Part shown: positions 26,448 through 38,754 of the stretch, piece after piece | How the letters are laid out: every line of letters begins with the position of its first letter | Numbering within the stretch: position 1 is the first letter of the stretch | DNA from: Basidiobolus meristosporus CBS 931.73 | Taxonomy: Eukaryota; Fungi; Basidiobolomycota | Direction of reading: 5' to 3' | Length of the DNA: 64,000 nucleotides | Assembly (NCBI GenBank): GCA_002104905.1 | Contig: MCFE01000501.1 | Span: forward strand, 1-64,000 | The notes under the pieces: generated by a model | Told to the model about the DNA's origin: nothing | The model's input: the letters and a program-made list of their open reading frames with translations, nothing else | Database searches by the model: none | Program-made: the position numbers and the translations under genes

Positions 26448-28432
26448 AGTAATCGGTGATCCAGATTGGGTCCACCTGCAGGACTAAATTATATTTCAAA
26501 GATCTGCCATTAAGCAACACTCATTAAGGCCAAGGACTGTACAGAGAAAGGCACTTCTTCTACAACAGCTGCATCCTTGTGAATTATTAGTAGAACAAGC
26601 CCCATTGGTAAGTAAATCAACAATGCTAAGATGCCAGACACTGATGCACATAGTATGGTTCTCAGATGGATGAATACACACAAAGAGATTGTTTCACTTG
26701 CTCCAGAGCAGTACCATGATGTGTATGGTTGGATACTACAAAAGTTGTTGCAGTAACTAGTAGATAACATGCTACACCTTGCTCTAACATCAGACAACCT
26801 GGATCTATGGAAACCTGTAAGCAAAAGATGATACAAAGCCTCACAGTTCACACTCAATATGCACTGTGGCTGGTAACTCTGACATGATCACTTCTGGGAC
26901 AGCACAAAGCTTCCCTATACACAGCTCTGCACTGTCTTCCTGCTGAGTAGATATCCCCATTCTTGCTTCATTGTCTCTCTTCTACATGTAAGCACTGTGT
27001 CTAGAAGTGTGGTGTTTAGCTTGTGTGTAATCAGTAGTAGCAACTTCTTTAGAGAGTCACTTCAATAAATGTATATCCATTTTATTCCATACTAGTGATT
27101 GGACTGCTATACATACATATGAGTGTTTATCATAGCTTGTGAGAAGTATTTTAGGCAATGAAATCTGCTATATGCCGCCATTTTCTTTGATTTCACAGGT
27201 ATTTCAAACTGTTAATTTGGCTAGAAATGCCTCATATAAAGCTGTGTCATTAATAGTGGAGTATTATTGAGGAGCAAATGCATTGCCTCCAGCACAAAGC
27301 TTTTGCCCCGGCAAGTTTTCTCCATCTTCAATAGCTGTGATGTCTACTGGTCATGTGTTGTCAGAGACCTTTTGCCTTTCCACCTTTTCAAAGGAAGATT
27401 GAGGATTGTATGAAACCGACTTCAAACAAATGAGCATTGATTTCCAGACTTTGAGATTACTCTATTTTGGATGGGTGGATCATTAGCATCTAAGCTAATT
27501 ACTTCTAGCAATGAACATATGCTGGAATTCATATACTCACAAGTAGCCAATATCTTCCAAGAGTTGCTTTCCGGCACTGTGCCATCCAATACTCAGATAC
27601 CGGAGTTCCCAAGATTCAAAGGGCATTGAATTCTCGCCAGATGGCTTGAATAATCACCCATGTGATCCAAAACACTCTCTAGCTCCCCACCCACCCCATT
27701 AGACTGTCTGCATACTACCAACAATTTGATCTTCGCCAGAGATTTTGCGGAATGCAGCCAGCCAAGTTATATAGTTTGTGAAGGCGGGGTGTCGCTGGGG
27801 GCCTATATTATATATATGTATGTATATTTAGCGCCATTCTCCAATGAAGACTCCGCTCTGAATTAGTAAAAATTGTCACTTGACAACCTGGCCTTCTACT
27901 AGATTGAATTGTGAGCTACCTGCAACGTGGAGACCTTTCATGGTCGCCACAAGGACACCATCATCCACGCCTCATTGCAAGATTCTGGTAAGGCTCCACT
28001 AAAAAGTACAAGCTAACCCCAATAAACCAACCAATGAATGACACGCCGCTCCCACCTTAACCGTACATTTGAAGGATGGGAACGAGTCAGCCCCCTACCC
28101 CTTTTTATTAACCTGGGGCCAACACCTCTCAGCGACCGACTTCCCACCTATTGTATTCCAAGAAACTTACCATTGGCCTACATTTCCACCATGGGGATCC
28201 GGTGCCATCTTTATCAAGCACTCTCAGGTGTCTCCAACATTAGCCATTGCAACCGTTCACTCCAGTGCACGGTGGGTGATGCGGTGTCCATCATGGCATG
28301 GAGCCTTCCCGATAGAGGAACAGGAACAGGAACAGGAACTTGGGAATGGGAGGTGAGTACGAATTGGATTTATTGACGGTTAGGCGGCCTGGATTACACC
28401 CTTGTTCAGCGACCCACAGGCCCGGGCTCCCT

Positions 28433-29430
28433 CTAGCACGGAGGGCTGGATTGGAGGGCCTTGATGTAGTATCCGGATACGTAACCATTGCTGACCTTGT
28501 ACCAACGAGGGTTCTCGAAGATCGACTCCCCGCTTACCTGACAGAGGATGGTGACCTTGGCTCCGGGTGCCAGGGTGCCAACAACGGTTCCCCCGGTGCC
28601 GGCACTGGATCTGACATTAAGCGGGGTGCTCGAGGTGACAGTCCCGGTGGAAGCCCCTCCGTTGCCACCGTTGAGGTACTTGAACATCTCCGCCCAAGGG
28701 AATGGGCCGGGGCATCTGGCGCGGCTCTGGGGTTGCATGGAGTAGTGGCCGGTGATACCCCCTGAGGCATCGGCCCAGCCCACGCGGATCCCGGGGTTTC
28801 TGGCGATGATGTTCTTGATCAACTTGAAGGTGGCGGTCTTCTGGGCCGCGGTGAGCTCGTTGGAATTGTCGGTCTTCGGCTTCACGTGCTCGATGGAGAT
28901 GGTGCGATCGTTGGGATTCGCGCTGCTGTCCGTCCACCCTGGGAAAATCTGGGAGTTAGCATCGTAGGCAGGTGTGAGGATGGGCTAGGCACTTGTGCTT
29001 ACAGTAGTCAGCCCCAGGCTCCTTTCCACCGTTAGCCCAGGCACCATCGGATTCTTTCACACATTGGACAACCTTGCCGTCTTGACCTACAACGTAGTGA
29101 GATGCCACCTGGGAGGAAGGATCGGCAAACCAATGACCGACGTCCTCAGCCTTGGTGAACCCGGCAGTCCCTGGGGGGCAAACTCAGCAACAGTATTACG
29201 AACCAACGGTCGAGATTCCATACCGTGAACAATGAGATATGTGGGCTTCAATCCATGGCGGTTTGCGAAGAAATTTGGGCTACCGATCCAGAGCGCCCCA
29301 GGCTCGTCGGCCTGGCTAAAGGGTACGGTTAGCAAATGAACGATACCCGGCTGAGGATGCCATTCGCTTACCAGTTCACGCTTCCCAAAGTGGCCAAGAA
29401 TAAGAGAGCAGAGACGGAGAGAAACTTCAT
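28433..29430 (-). CDS. Secreted N-acetylmuramoyl-L-alanine amidase (Amidase_2) with C-terminal bacterial SH3b domain, 274 aa, 4 exons
   Basis: Exons 29430-29372, 29315-29224, 29170-29003 and 28938-28433 join in frame via GT-AG introns of 56, 53 and 64 nt. Signal peptide MKFLSVSALLFLATLGS; motifs LIVHGTAG, ASHYVVGQDG, TISIEH, ITGH, RCPG; SH3b LNVRS...WYKV. Confidence 0.9.
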
Positions 29431-30807
29431 TGTGTGGGGAACGTGGGCATGGTGGTGGTGAGTTTAAATAGCTTTAAGCCTCGCATGGGGGCCATCTTTG
29501 GAATAGGCATGTTTACACGGTGGGACAGCTCGAATTCACGCCACAGGAATCCGGTGGACGTGTGAAAGTAACATATGCAGGTTGCTTGTCTTACCCCGAG
29601 GGCGAGTGGAGATTACCTACTGAAGTGGGCATCAAGAGGACGACGGATAAGTGGTGAGGATTGGATCTGAGCGAGGCCATTTCGGGAAATGATGAGATTG
29701 AGCAACGTAGGGCCGTGGAATCGAGCCGATTTTGGAAGCTTCCTTGACCGTGACGTGCGGGAAATTCCAGGTCATCCGGGCATGTCCATCAGTACCAAAG
29801 AATTATTCGGGAAATGATCGACCCTCCGTGACCGAAAATCCCGTTCCCCGGTCCCACGGCCCATCACAGCTGCCAGGGAAATGGATGCTCGGTGGTGGGA
29901 CGGTACAGATTTGGTATTTCTCTACCTTTCCTTCTCCCGTTTCTGAAATGTCGCTGCTGCCTCGCTTCGCACGTAGATCCTAGTCGCTGCAAAAGGATTT
30001 CAGGAAGATCATTCAATATCCGGAATTAAGAGGGGATCAATCTGGAGCCTGTATGTGAAGTGGGCGGGTGTTGCGGCGTCCACCACTTGATGGTGGAACT
30101 GTAGGTGTAGATATTGCTTTGTACACACCAGCAGGCCCATCCATGCTTTTCGGTTAACCCGTCTACACACAGCCGCCTCTTGCTGCGCGAGACGTACTGA
30201 AACAACCCCATCTCATGAGCCTGTAAGAACCAGATTGGTTGTTTGAGAGTGGCCCTCTTGCCAATGGGCAACCCTGGCGGAGATTCATGTTGAGTGCGGC
30301 AACTAAACATTGGAAATGCAGGGTCGCATATTAGCTCCGGTATGAGAGGTGCCATGACCAGCCCGACAAGGCATACAACCGCACTGATGGTCCATTGCCT
30401 CCAAAGATCGAGGTGCACTTTGCGAAAGATGCAGTCAGATGGATAGACTTGATTCTAGAGTATGCAAGCGGTTCCCTTACATTCGGCAAACCCAACCCGG
30501 ATCAACTTTAGTGGTTCGTCATCTGATGCCATATAGCGAGCTACTCACTATGAAACGTCTCCGTCAGATGTGTAGGGACTCTGTACGCCCTGTTCATTCG
30601 CGTGTTCCGATAGGGCTTAGACTCGGCTACTCTTATGCAGTGCGGTTTGAATGAACGATCCCTACTCAAGATCTCAGCTACCTTCGCATCAATTGATGTG
30701 TCGGTTGGGTGACTTTGAACCGAAACAATACCAGAGGGAGCAGAGAATCCCGCTATATAAGGATCGTAGGATGTTCCACTAAAATCACCACCGTAGAGGC
30801 ATCCGCC

Positions 30808-31764
30808 ATGCACAAGTTTGCTCCTCCCGCCATCTTAGCACTCTCGGTATTATGTGGGTCACTCAGTGCGTATGATTTGCCCCAAGTGTGCTACCGCCAG
30901 GGCGACCCTGGGATGTGCAAGGCAGCTATTCCTAGATGGCACTACAATCCAGCCACCGAAAAGTGTGAGGAGTTCACCTATGGTGGCTGTGGTGGGTACG
31001 TTCCATTTAAGAGCCTGGAGAAATGTCAAACTACGTGCAAGGTGGAATGGGAGCCTGAGCTAGGACCCGAGCCCAAACATGACAAGCCCAAGGTCTGTTA
31101 TCGCAAAGGAGAAACTGGGCCATGTAGAGCAGCGATGCCAGCATGGCAGTTCAACATGAAGACCGGAAAATGTGAAAAGTTTACCTATGGTGGATGTGAT
31201 GGCTTTGTCCCCTTCAGGTCGGTGAGCGATTGTCAAAAGACGTGTGCAGGTGAGGAGTCCAAGCCAGAACCTATGCCGGAACCTGAGCCAGAGCCCAAGC
31301 ATGACAAGCCCAAGGTCTGCTATCGCAAAGGAGAAACTGGGCCATGTAGAGCAGCAATCCCAGCATGGCAGTTCAACATGAAGACCGGAAAATGTGAAAA
31401 GTTCACCTATGGTGGATGTGATGGCTTTGTCCCCTTCAGGTCGGTGAGCGATTGTCAAAAGACGTGTGCAGGTGAGGAGTCCAAGCCAGAACCTATGCCG
31501 GAACCTGAGCCAGAGCCCAAGCATGACAAGCCCAAGGTCTGCTATCGCAAAGGAGAAACTGGGCCATGCAGGGCAGCAATGCCGGCTTGGCAGTTCAACA
31601 TGAAGACCGGAAAATGTGAAAAGTTCACCTATGGTGGATGCAAAGGCTTTGTTCCCTTCAGATCGGTAAATGATTGCCAAAAGACGTGTGGAGATGAAGA
31701 TCCCGTCCCTGTGCCTGTACCAGTACCCGTGCCGGAGCCTGAACCCGAATACGAATCCTATTAG
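30808..31764 (+). CDS. Secreted four-domain Kunitz/BPTI serine protease inhibitor
   Basis: Signal peptide, four 6-Cys domains with FTYGGC, P1 K/R/R/R, Pro/Glu linkers; domains 2-4 lie on 222-bp tandem repeats; no introns. Confidence 0.92.
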   Translation: MHKFAPPAILALSVLCGSLSAYDLPQVCYRQGDPGMCKAAIPRWHYNPATEKCEEFTYGGCGGYVPFKSLEKCQTTCKVEWEPELGPEPKHDKPKVCYRKGETGPCRAAMPAWQFNMKTGKCEKFTYGGCDGFVPFRSVSDCQKTCAGEESKPEPMPEPEPEPKHDKPKVCYRKGETGPCRAAIPAWQFNMKTGKCEKFTYGGCDGFVPFRSVSDCQKTCAGEESKPEPMPEPEPEPKHDKPKVCYRKGETGPCRAAMPAWQFNMKTGKCEKFTYGGCKGFVPFRSVNDCQKTCGDEDPVPVPVPVPVPEPEPEYESY

Positions 31765-34700
31765 CCCGCTTCCGACCAGGAAAGGCCTCAAGTATACGGA
31801 ATAAAGTGGCCATTTCTGAGATGGAAGTACCATATAAGGCGTATACGACCCAAAAAAGGACACATCACTTTGTTTGTTGCTAAGAGACAAGGTGGTTGTT
31901 CCATGCATCAAGAATAGGATGTGTTCTGCCACATGCTGACTTCTATTAAAACTGACTTTGCTTAATTGATGCTGTGTTGATGGTTTGAGTGGAGTCAAGT
32001 GGATCTCGAGTTTTGATGACAGCCCCACTCCTGATTGGGATGGGCTCGGTGTGCAGATGGGGCTGAAAATAGGCTTTAGACATGGATGGGGTAGGCTGTT
32101 CAGGATGTTGGTCTCATGAGTGTAATGCAAGCACCATCTCCACTCCTACAACACAGAATGACCACCCGTCGTTATGTGGATCAGAAACAGAAAACCATCA
32201 GTGGACACCATTGCTAGGATGTTGGTCCTTGGGATGACTGATGCATACGGTATGTCTGATATCCAACGAGACATCTATGGGGGGTTTCAATTTTGGTTGA
32301 TACAGAAGAAACCAGTTTTACACGATCTTTCTGGAGATCATGAAGAAGTCCGGAAGATAGGTGTTTCAACCTCAATGGCCAGAATAGGATGAGTACCATT
32401 GTCAAGCGTGTATCCATACCATTTAAAACCCGGATGTGAAATTACTGTGGAACATCTGGGCAGGTTGTGTGCAGGATTGGTTACCACTCCGACATTTAGT
32501 TGCGAGGGAATTCCTGGCTGCTGAATGCAACTACGGAATGTTGCTGTGTACGCCAAATTGGCTGCCATATTAATCATCACTAATAGGAGAACGTAAACCT
32601 TCCTCTGTAACCCCCCCCCCAAATCCCATCACATTTAGGCGTTGATCTCTTCCCGCCGTTACCTAGCCATTAAAGGCATCGCCAAGCAGAGGAATCCATG
32701 TGAACCAGCGCATTGTTTGCTGCCATATGAGCCATACATAGTGATCAGAACTAATTAATTAAATCAACAGGCCGCTTACTAGCGGTCAGTAGGGCAGCTA
32801 TCCTTGGAGGGCAGGACCAGCTGACCAGCCTTGAAACCACCAGCTCATGTACCTCCTAAAATCCCCCACTCTCTTATGGCTAACTGAACAGTGACTCACT
32901 AATGATTCATTGCAGATCTACTGAATTTCAACCGATGATCAGCAGTGATTTGATCAACTCATTTCCACTCCTTCGATTCCTAATGAGCCTTGGGAATCCA
33001 ACTGACCTCGTTCCGCCCACCACAACCACTAGTCTCAGACAAAAGCCATCTAGGATTCAAATCTAGGGCCCGTCAATGACCAGTAGAGAGACCTCGTTGT
33101 GTGGTCAGTGTAGCTTCGAATGGAAGATTCATGTGCAGCGATGGCAGAAGCTGAGCCTCGAATACCTGGATCGACTGCATAGCCCGGCATATTCGACCGA
33201 CCTGCCGCATGGCTTGGGATTGGCGGATCATCTCGGATACGGGGAGCCACCATCTATCCCGTGCATTCTCCTTATCGCCAAATCGAATGGGCCAATTCCA
33301 TCGCTGGCCCATCTGGTACGAGTTTGGAACGCTTCGAGGGTCTCGTGGTATCTTGGCCTCATGAATCTTGGGGACTTGGCGTGGCGGGGAAATCTTGTTT
33401 GCGGATACCGGTTACTCACATAAGGCCAACCTCGAAGCCTCAGCAGCAACCACTGAAGCCATGGACCTCTCCTTACGAGGTTCCCACCGCACCATCACCA
33501 CTCCCGCCCAATTGGGAAACACCCCGCTACACACATTCTCGCCCAGCCTGGTACCCAACATATACCAGAGCCTAGGCAATGCCCTGATTGCAAGTGATAC
33601 TAATGGATTGATGGAAGCTCTCACATTAATGATGATGTGTCATCCGGTGAAGGCAGGGAACTGTGTTGGTGATGAGGATGGCTAGGCAAGGTTGGTTGCG
33701 GACATCTCAACTGCACACTCAACACCAGGTACTACGGCACCCTCAACCCCCAGCTTCATTCGGGTAGGCGGGGTGGGTAAGGACCATCTTACTTATCCCA
33801 AACAGGAAGGGCAGGTTACCTTAGACCACCGTTGTAACACAACCAATGGTTTGGATCCATTGGGGCTACACTACACGCTAGAGTGGGATATCAGGTCGAA
33901 CCATGTTAACCTAACTATATGGGTACTGGATGCTCGTCTTCTACCAGAGAATTCATGCAGGAATCTCAACCAATCCTTGGGGATCGCAGTAGAGCGCGGT
34001 TAGGATGGGCATCTGGGACTCATGCGTGAGACCTTAAGCCAATGGATTAGCCGGTGAGTGACATTGATGAAACGCCCAGAATGGCTTGGAATCCTTGATG
34101 GGTGTTTGGATTATCGCTGTGTGGATGCGTAGCTCACACACATACAACATAAATTGCCAAGATCACACGGACTTGGTTCCATTGCCAGAATGAAACCTTG
34201 GTTGATCTGGGATGCATCACATGGTTGGATCTTGAGTCTCCTAAGTAAGTGGCTAGTGCGCAAGAGGTAAACTTCAATTGAATTGATAAAATTAGCCCCA
34301 TTCTAACCATGTTGGGTTATTAATTGGTGAAACGTGATCGAGCTACGAATATAATTAGATGTTTGATTCACTGCCCAATAGACACTCAACAGCAAAATGA
34401 TGGGTGAATGTGCTGCTGACGGGGAAACGTTTAACCTGGATTGCGCCAGGATCGACCCCTCATTGATTGGATCCGGAAGGGTGACTCGAAAAACGAGTCC
34501 AGATAAGCGAATGTTATATATGAAATTCGGGGACTGAGGCAGTCAATAAGCATCCATCAAATGGGGTTTTTTCAACGGTAGGAACCAGAAAACAACCACG
34601 CATACACTGCGAGGGTACAAAGTATTGGCTGACGCGGCGAGAAAATTAGGCCCATCTCTGTATGGTTTTAGAGTGGATCCCGTCTTGATGAAGATATTTG

Positions 34701-35133
34701 ATGGGTGCACTCACCCAGGAACTGCCTCAACCCTAACCCTAGCCACATCAGTAACTTCAATTAGCCACAATACTCTATGATACTAAAAATGGTTAGGCTT
34801 CAGTCACCCAACACTGACAAGGGATTCATTCAACATCCCCCCCCCACTTTGAGAGGTTTTGATCTGACTATCTCGTCTTCTATTTCCATTGGTTTGTCTC
34901 ACATAATCATCCACTCAATAGCCCTTAAACCCATTCACCTAATTCGTTCTTTCGTACAACCCTTACCTGCTCTTGGCCAACACATTTCGTATATTAAGCT
35001 GCTCTCAGCCTACATTCTACCACCCATTTCAGCAAAAACGATTCTCTTTCGGATTAATATCGTTTACACCTCCTTTGGGCATCCTCACATCCACCTTGTC
35101 TCTGCTATAGCTCTCTGCTTGTACTCTCTAATA

Positions 35134-35637
35134 ATGGTCATGTGTGTCAGTGCCCATCCTCCTTCACCCACCCCCGTTGATACCACTTACTCGCTTCCCG
35201 AAGCTGCCGAGGCTGACCGTGAGCCTGGCAGAGGATTGCGCGTGCTAGTGGTTGATGACAACCGCATATATCTCAGTATTGTCACTCGAATGCTTGAGAA
35301 GTATTTCACCAACATAGTGACTTACACTTTCGCGACCACCTCCGCACTTTGCGCACTCGAATCGTTATCCCTTTACAATTACGACCTGATCCTTCTTGAC
35401 ATCGACATGCCAGTGCTGACTGGTATCGAGGCGACACAAGAGATTAGAAATCCGTACAGTCGATTCCAGGTTCTGGATGCGAACAGGAGGATCCCCATTA
35501 TCGCCATCACCACCAACGACCTAGAGGAGCACCGCAAACGCTATACCGAGGTGGGGATGAATGCGTGTGTGGGCAAACCAGTGACACTGGATGAGCTACG
35601 ATTGGCCCTCAGCACAGTCATGGGATCAGCCATGTAG
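35134..35637 (+). CDS. Stand-alone response regulator receiver protein
   Basis: VLVVDDN, LILLDIDMP (phospho-Asp), IIAITT and VGKP motifs are all present. I took the start at the ATG near 35134 rather than the longer low-complexity ORF start at 34777. Confidence 0.85.
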   Translation: MVMCVSAHPPSPTPVDTTYSLPEAAEADREPGRGLRVLVVDDNRIYLSIVTRMLEKYFTNIVTYTFATTSALCALESLSLYNYDLILLDIDMPVLTGIEATQEIRNPYSRFQVLDANRRIPIIAITTNDLEEHRKRYTEVGMNACVGKPVTLDELRLALSTVMGSAM

Positions 35638-36104
35638 TTTAGCCACACCCCCGCATGGGGTTTTACCTCAGCTTCGGCCATCAGCCACGCCTGGTTTATG
35701 TACAGTCTTTCTTTTTCGCACCTTGGCAACGGCTGCCTTGAAGATACTCACCCCCGCCGACCTTCTATCTATTGTTCAACCCCATAGACTTCACCCCCCC
35801 CCTCTCGCCCGCCTCGTTATGTGTCATTACTATCATCACCATACACCATCACCACCTGCTGTACTTCCATTGGCATTAAACATATTTGTAATTTCCTTGT
35901 AAAAATTGGCATTTTCCCCTAGTTCGATTAAACTTCGCTTGAGCAGCATGGCATTTCGTGATACGATTCATGGGATATGCGACCGGGTGAAGAAGGGGGG
36001 GGTTAGGGATCCGGGGGCAAGTTGAAAGGCGCGCGGATTTATTGCTGAGATTTTAAACAAGGGTAACATATGTGAGTGCTGTGGGTTGTCCGACTCCGAC
36101 AAAT

Positions 36105-38440
36105 CTATTGGTCCTTGGGCAAGCCGCACATCTCACAACTGGAGAGATTAGATGGGTTCACAAATGTACAATGTCGACACGCCCAGGTGGCTTGTGTTGC
36201 CGAGGAGCCGCCGCCGCTACTGGAGCCGTGTCCCGTGTGACTACCCCCAAATCCGCCCAGCCCCTGGGAGTGGTCGGCTTCCCTCAGAATGGCGAGCAGT
36301 GTCTGCCATCCGGAGGAGGCTTCGAGCTTCCTCGCTGCGTCATCGGTATGGGTAGTGGCCGCTTCGCAAAGAAAGCCCATGTCCCCAGAGTCGAGGACGT
36401 TCATCTGCTGGACAAACGCCATCAGGTGGAAATCGGAGATCCCGTGAACATTTTGGCTGGAGGGGAGGTATTTCTTGAGGGTGTAGATCTCCTGCACCTC
36501 GAGCCCCGACCGGTTCTCGATGGGAAAGTGGGTGGGGGAGGTGAAGAGAGGGTTCGGCTGGGATGGGAAACCGTGGGTAACATTCACCAGCAGATACTCC
36601 ACAGGGAAACTGGGTTTGGCGTTGTGACTCACCGTGACACCGTATTCATTCTTATACTTGTAGAACACCTCGGGGATGTATCGGGTGGAGGTAGCCTCCT
36701 TCACTCGCATGATCGATGGCTTGATAGATGCTTCGATGATATCCGCGTCCACCATGGCCACACATGAGTTGGAGACTTGGTATGAGGAGACATCGATGTC
36801 ACCCGTTTCGTTTCCTGACACGACACAGGTGACAAACTTACTGCCAAACTGTCCGGAAGCGCACCATTTGGAGGGGCTGGGGTGGTTCGCCTGCATGGCA
36901 GCTGCGAACGTGATTTCAAGGGAGGAGAGGAAGAAGGAGTCGATGTGCCTTTTGCAAACTACCTTTCCTTGACCTGTCCCGTCATCCATGAGATCCGTAA
37001 AGATCATTCCTACCTTGAGGCTGGAGGTTAATGTCCATTCGGAAGGAGAAAAAACGAACTCTTTATATACCTTCACTAGGCCGCATCTGGAGGCCAACTC
37101 ATCGATGGACTTCTCTTCACTCCATGGAAGCAAAAGTGTCAAGCCGTCCGGCTCGTTTGTCTGAGGTGGTTCATAAATGGCCTCAACCACGGCTTTGATA
37201 CCTAGAGGCACTTCGTTGTAAGGCTCATAGCGACCATAAAGGTAACCGAACCTCTGACAACCGGTGGAACGCCAGTAATTTATGAAGTTATCAATCAAGC
37301 TGGCGGATGAAAACTCCACATGATCAACCATTCGGAATGCCTGCCAGCAGGAGTGAAGCAGGGGAGGGGGGATTGAAATGGTTAAATACGGTCCATAAAC
37401 CAGATTTGCTATTCACTCCGTTACCTGTCTTTGCAGTGTAATGGCACTGGGCTGGCATTTGGTGCAAATGCTCTCCGGCCACGGTGGGTGACCACCCTTG
37501 CAATTCCTGTTCACCCGGTAATTAGGCTCTTCCAGTGGGGGTAGATACGACGATTTCGCGCCGCTCTTTTTGTTCTGTACGTTTAGCTGACGAAGATAGG
37601 CATGGAACGACATATGTTTAATCTTATTCTCATCCAAATACTTCGCATCGAATGGCTGGGGGTCATTCGGTTAGATCCGTTAGGGCGTATGGTCTGTGCG
37701 TACCGCATAATTGACTTACCTCAAGTGGCATGCAATAGTCACACATTCCGTTGTAGGCGTGCTTACAGCTAGACAGAAAACCGCCAAGGTTAGCATTGGG
37801 TAGAGGCTTATGCTCTGCGATGAGGAAAAGATACCGACAAGTTAGGGTCCCTTCCTCTTTTTATAAGCCCGTCCTGTTTATCCAGATGGTCGTCGATCTC
37901 GTCTTGCTTGACCGTCTTGAAGGAGGCGGTGGCTTCCTTCACCTCGGGCTGTTGTTCGTCGGCGGGTTTGGAGATTTGTGCGTACAACATATCCCCATGT
38001 CTTTTTGAAATTGGATGCTTGGTGAGCGAGCAGTTTAGGGCGACTTGTGAGTTAGACATGGCGATATCTTACTTCAGGCCTAGCTGCTCGACGGTCGCAC
38101 CACTTGTGGCAAGCGCGGTGGCACAGTCAGGTCGAACAGATAAAACGATACTGCTTGGGTCGCGCTTTAATATCTCGGCAAGCTACCGTGGCAATGATTG
38201 GATGTGAGTGACCGTCCAAAGGAAACCAGGTTCGTCTATGGGCTCCAACCGAGGGACATGACGTATCCATACAAGCGTGGATTCATACCTTTTGAATGGC
38301 GAACGATATGTCTTCAGAACCATCGACCTGCACTCTACTTGTCCCTTCGGACGACCGGATACGAAGAAGCTGTCATAAAAGAAAGGGGTTTAGGTTGGTC
38401 CAAGAGAAACATCCGCCGCGTCTATGATAAATAATACCAT
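36105..38440 (-). CDS. NPL4: Nuclear protein localization protein 4 (Cdc48/p97-Ufd1 cofactor), multi-exon
   Basis: ATG micro-exon at 38440, then LLRIRSSEG; zf-NPL4 ([23 protein letters not shown]); MPN-like [10 protein letters not shown]; C-terminal RanBP2 zinc finger [10 protein letters not shown]. Confidence 0.95.
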
Positions 38441-38754
38441 TGAATCGGTTTGCTTGGTCAGGGGAGGGCGTGGTACTGTGTTGGAAAGGAAAACCTTCGG
38501 GGACGTAGCTGGCACTGTACGGTAAATAGAAAGGCTGGGCTCTGTTGACACTATTGAACAGTTGAACTGCGGTGGAATTTTTCATGTACTAGGAACGACG
38601 CAAGGCCAGGATGACATCACCAGTTGCGTAAGATACTTTGATTAGCAACCCAGCCAATGTTGCATAAATCGACTACAGAGATCTCTGGTGTAACATATTG
38701 ATCTATTTATTGTTTACTGGTTCGCGCTTCCAGACATCCAACTGTTGGCCACAT

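Noticed and set aside
27840-28376. Short plus-strand ORFs with splice-like signals next to the amidase
   Set aside because: Could not assemble a coherent gene or recognise a domain.
31060-32130. 356-aa minus-strand ORF
   Set aside because: Antisense shadow of the repetitive Kunitz CDS.
32170-34500. Several short ORFs between the Kunitz and response regulator genes
   Set aside because: No recognisable motifs in any frame I translated; may be decayed sequence.
34729-34742. Isolated AACCCTAACCCTAG (similar at 52809-52818)
   Set aside because: Under two repeats, with no adjacent 3' module; compatible with chance.
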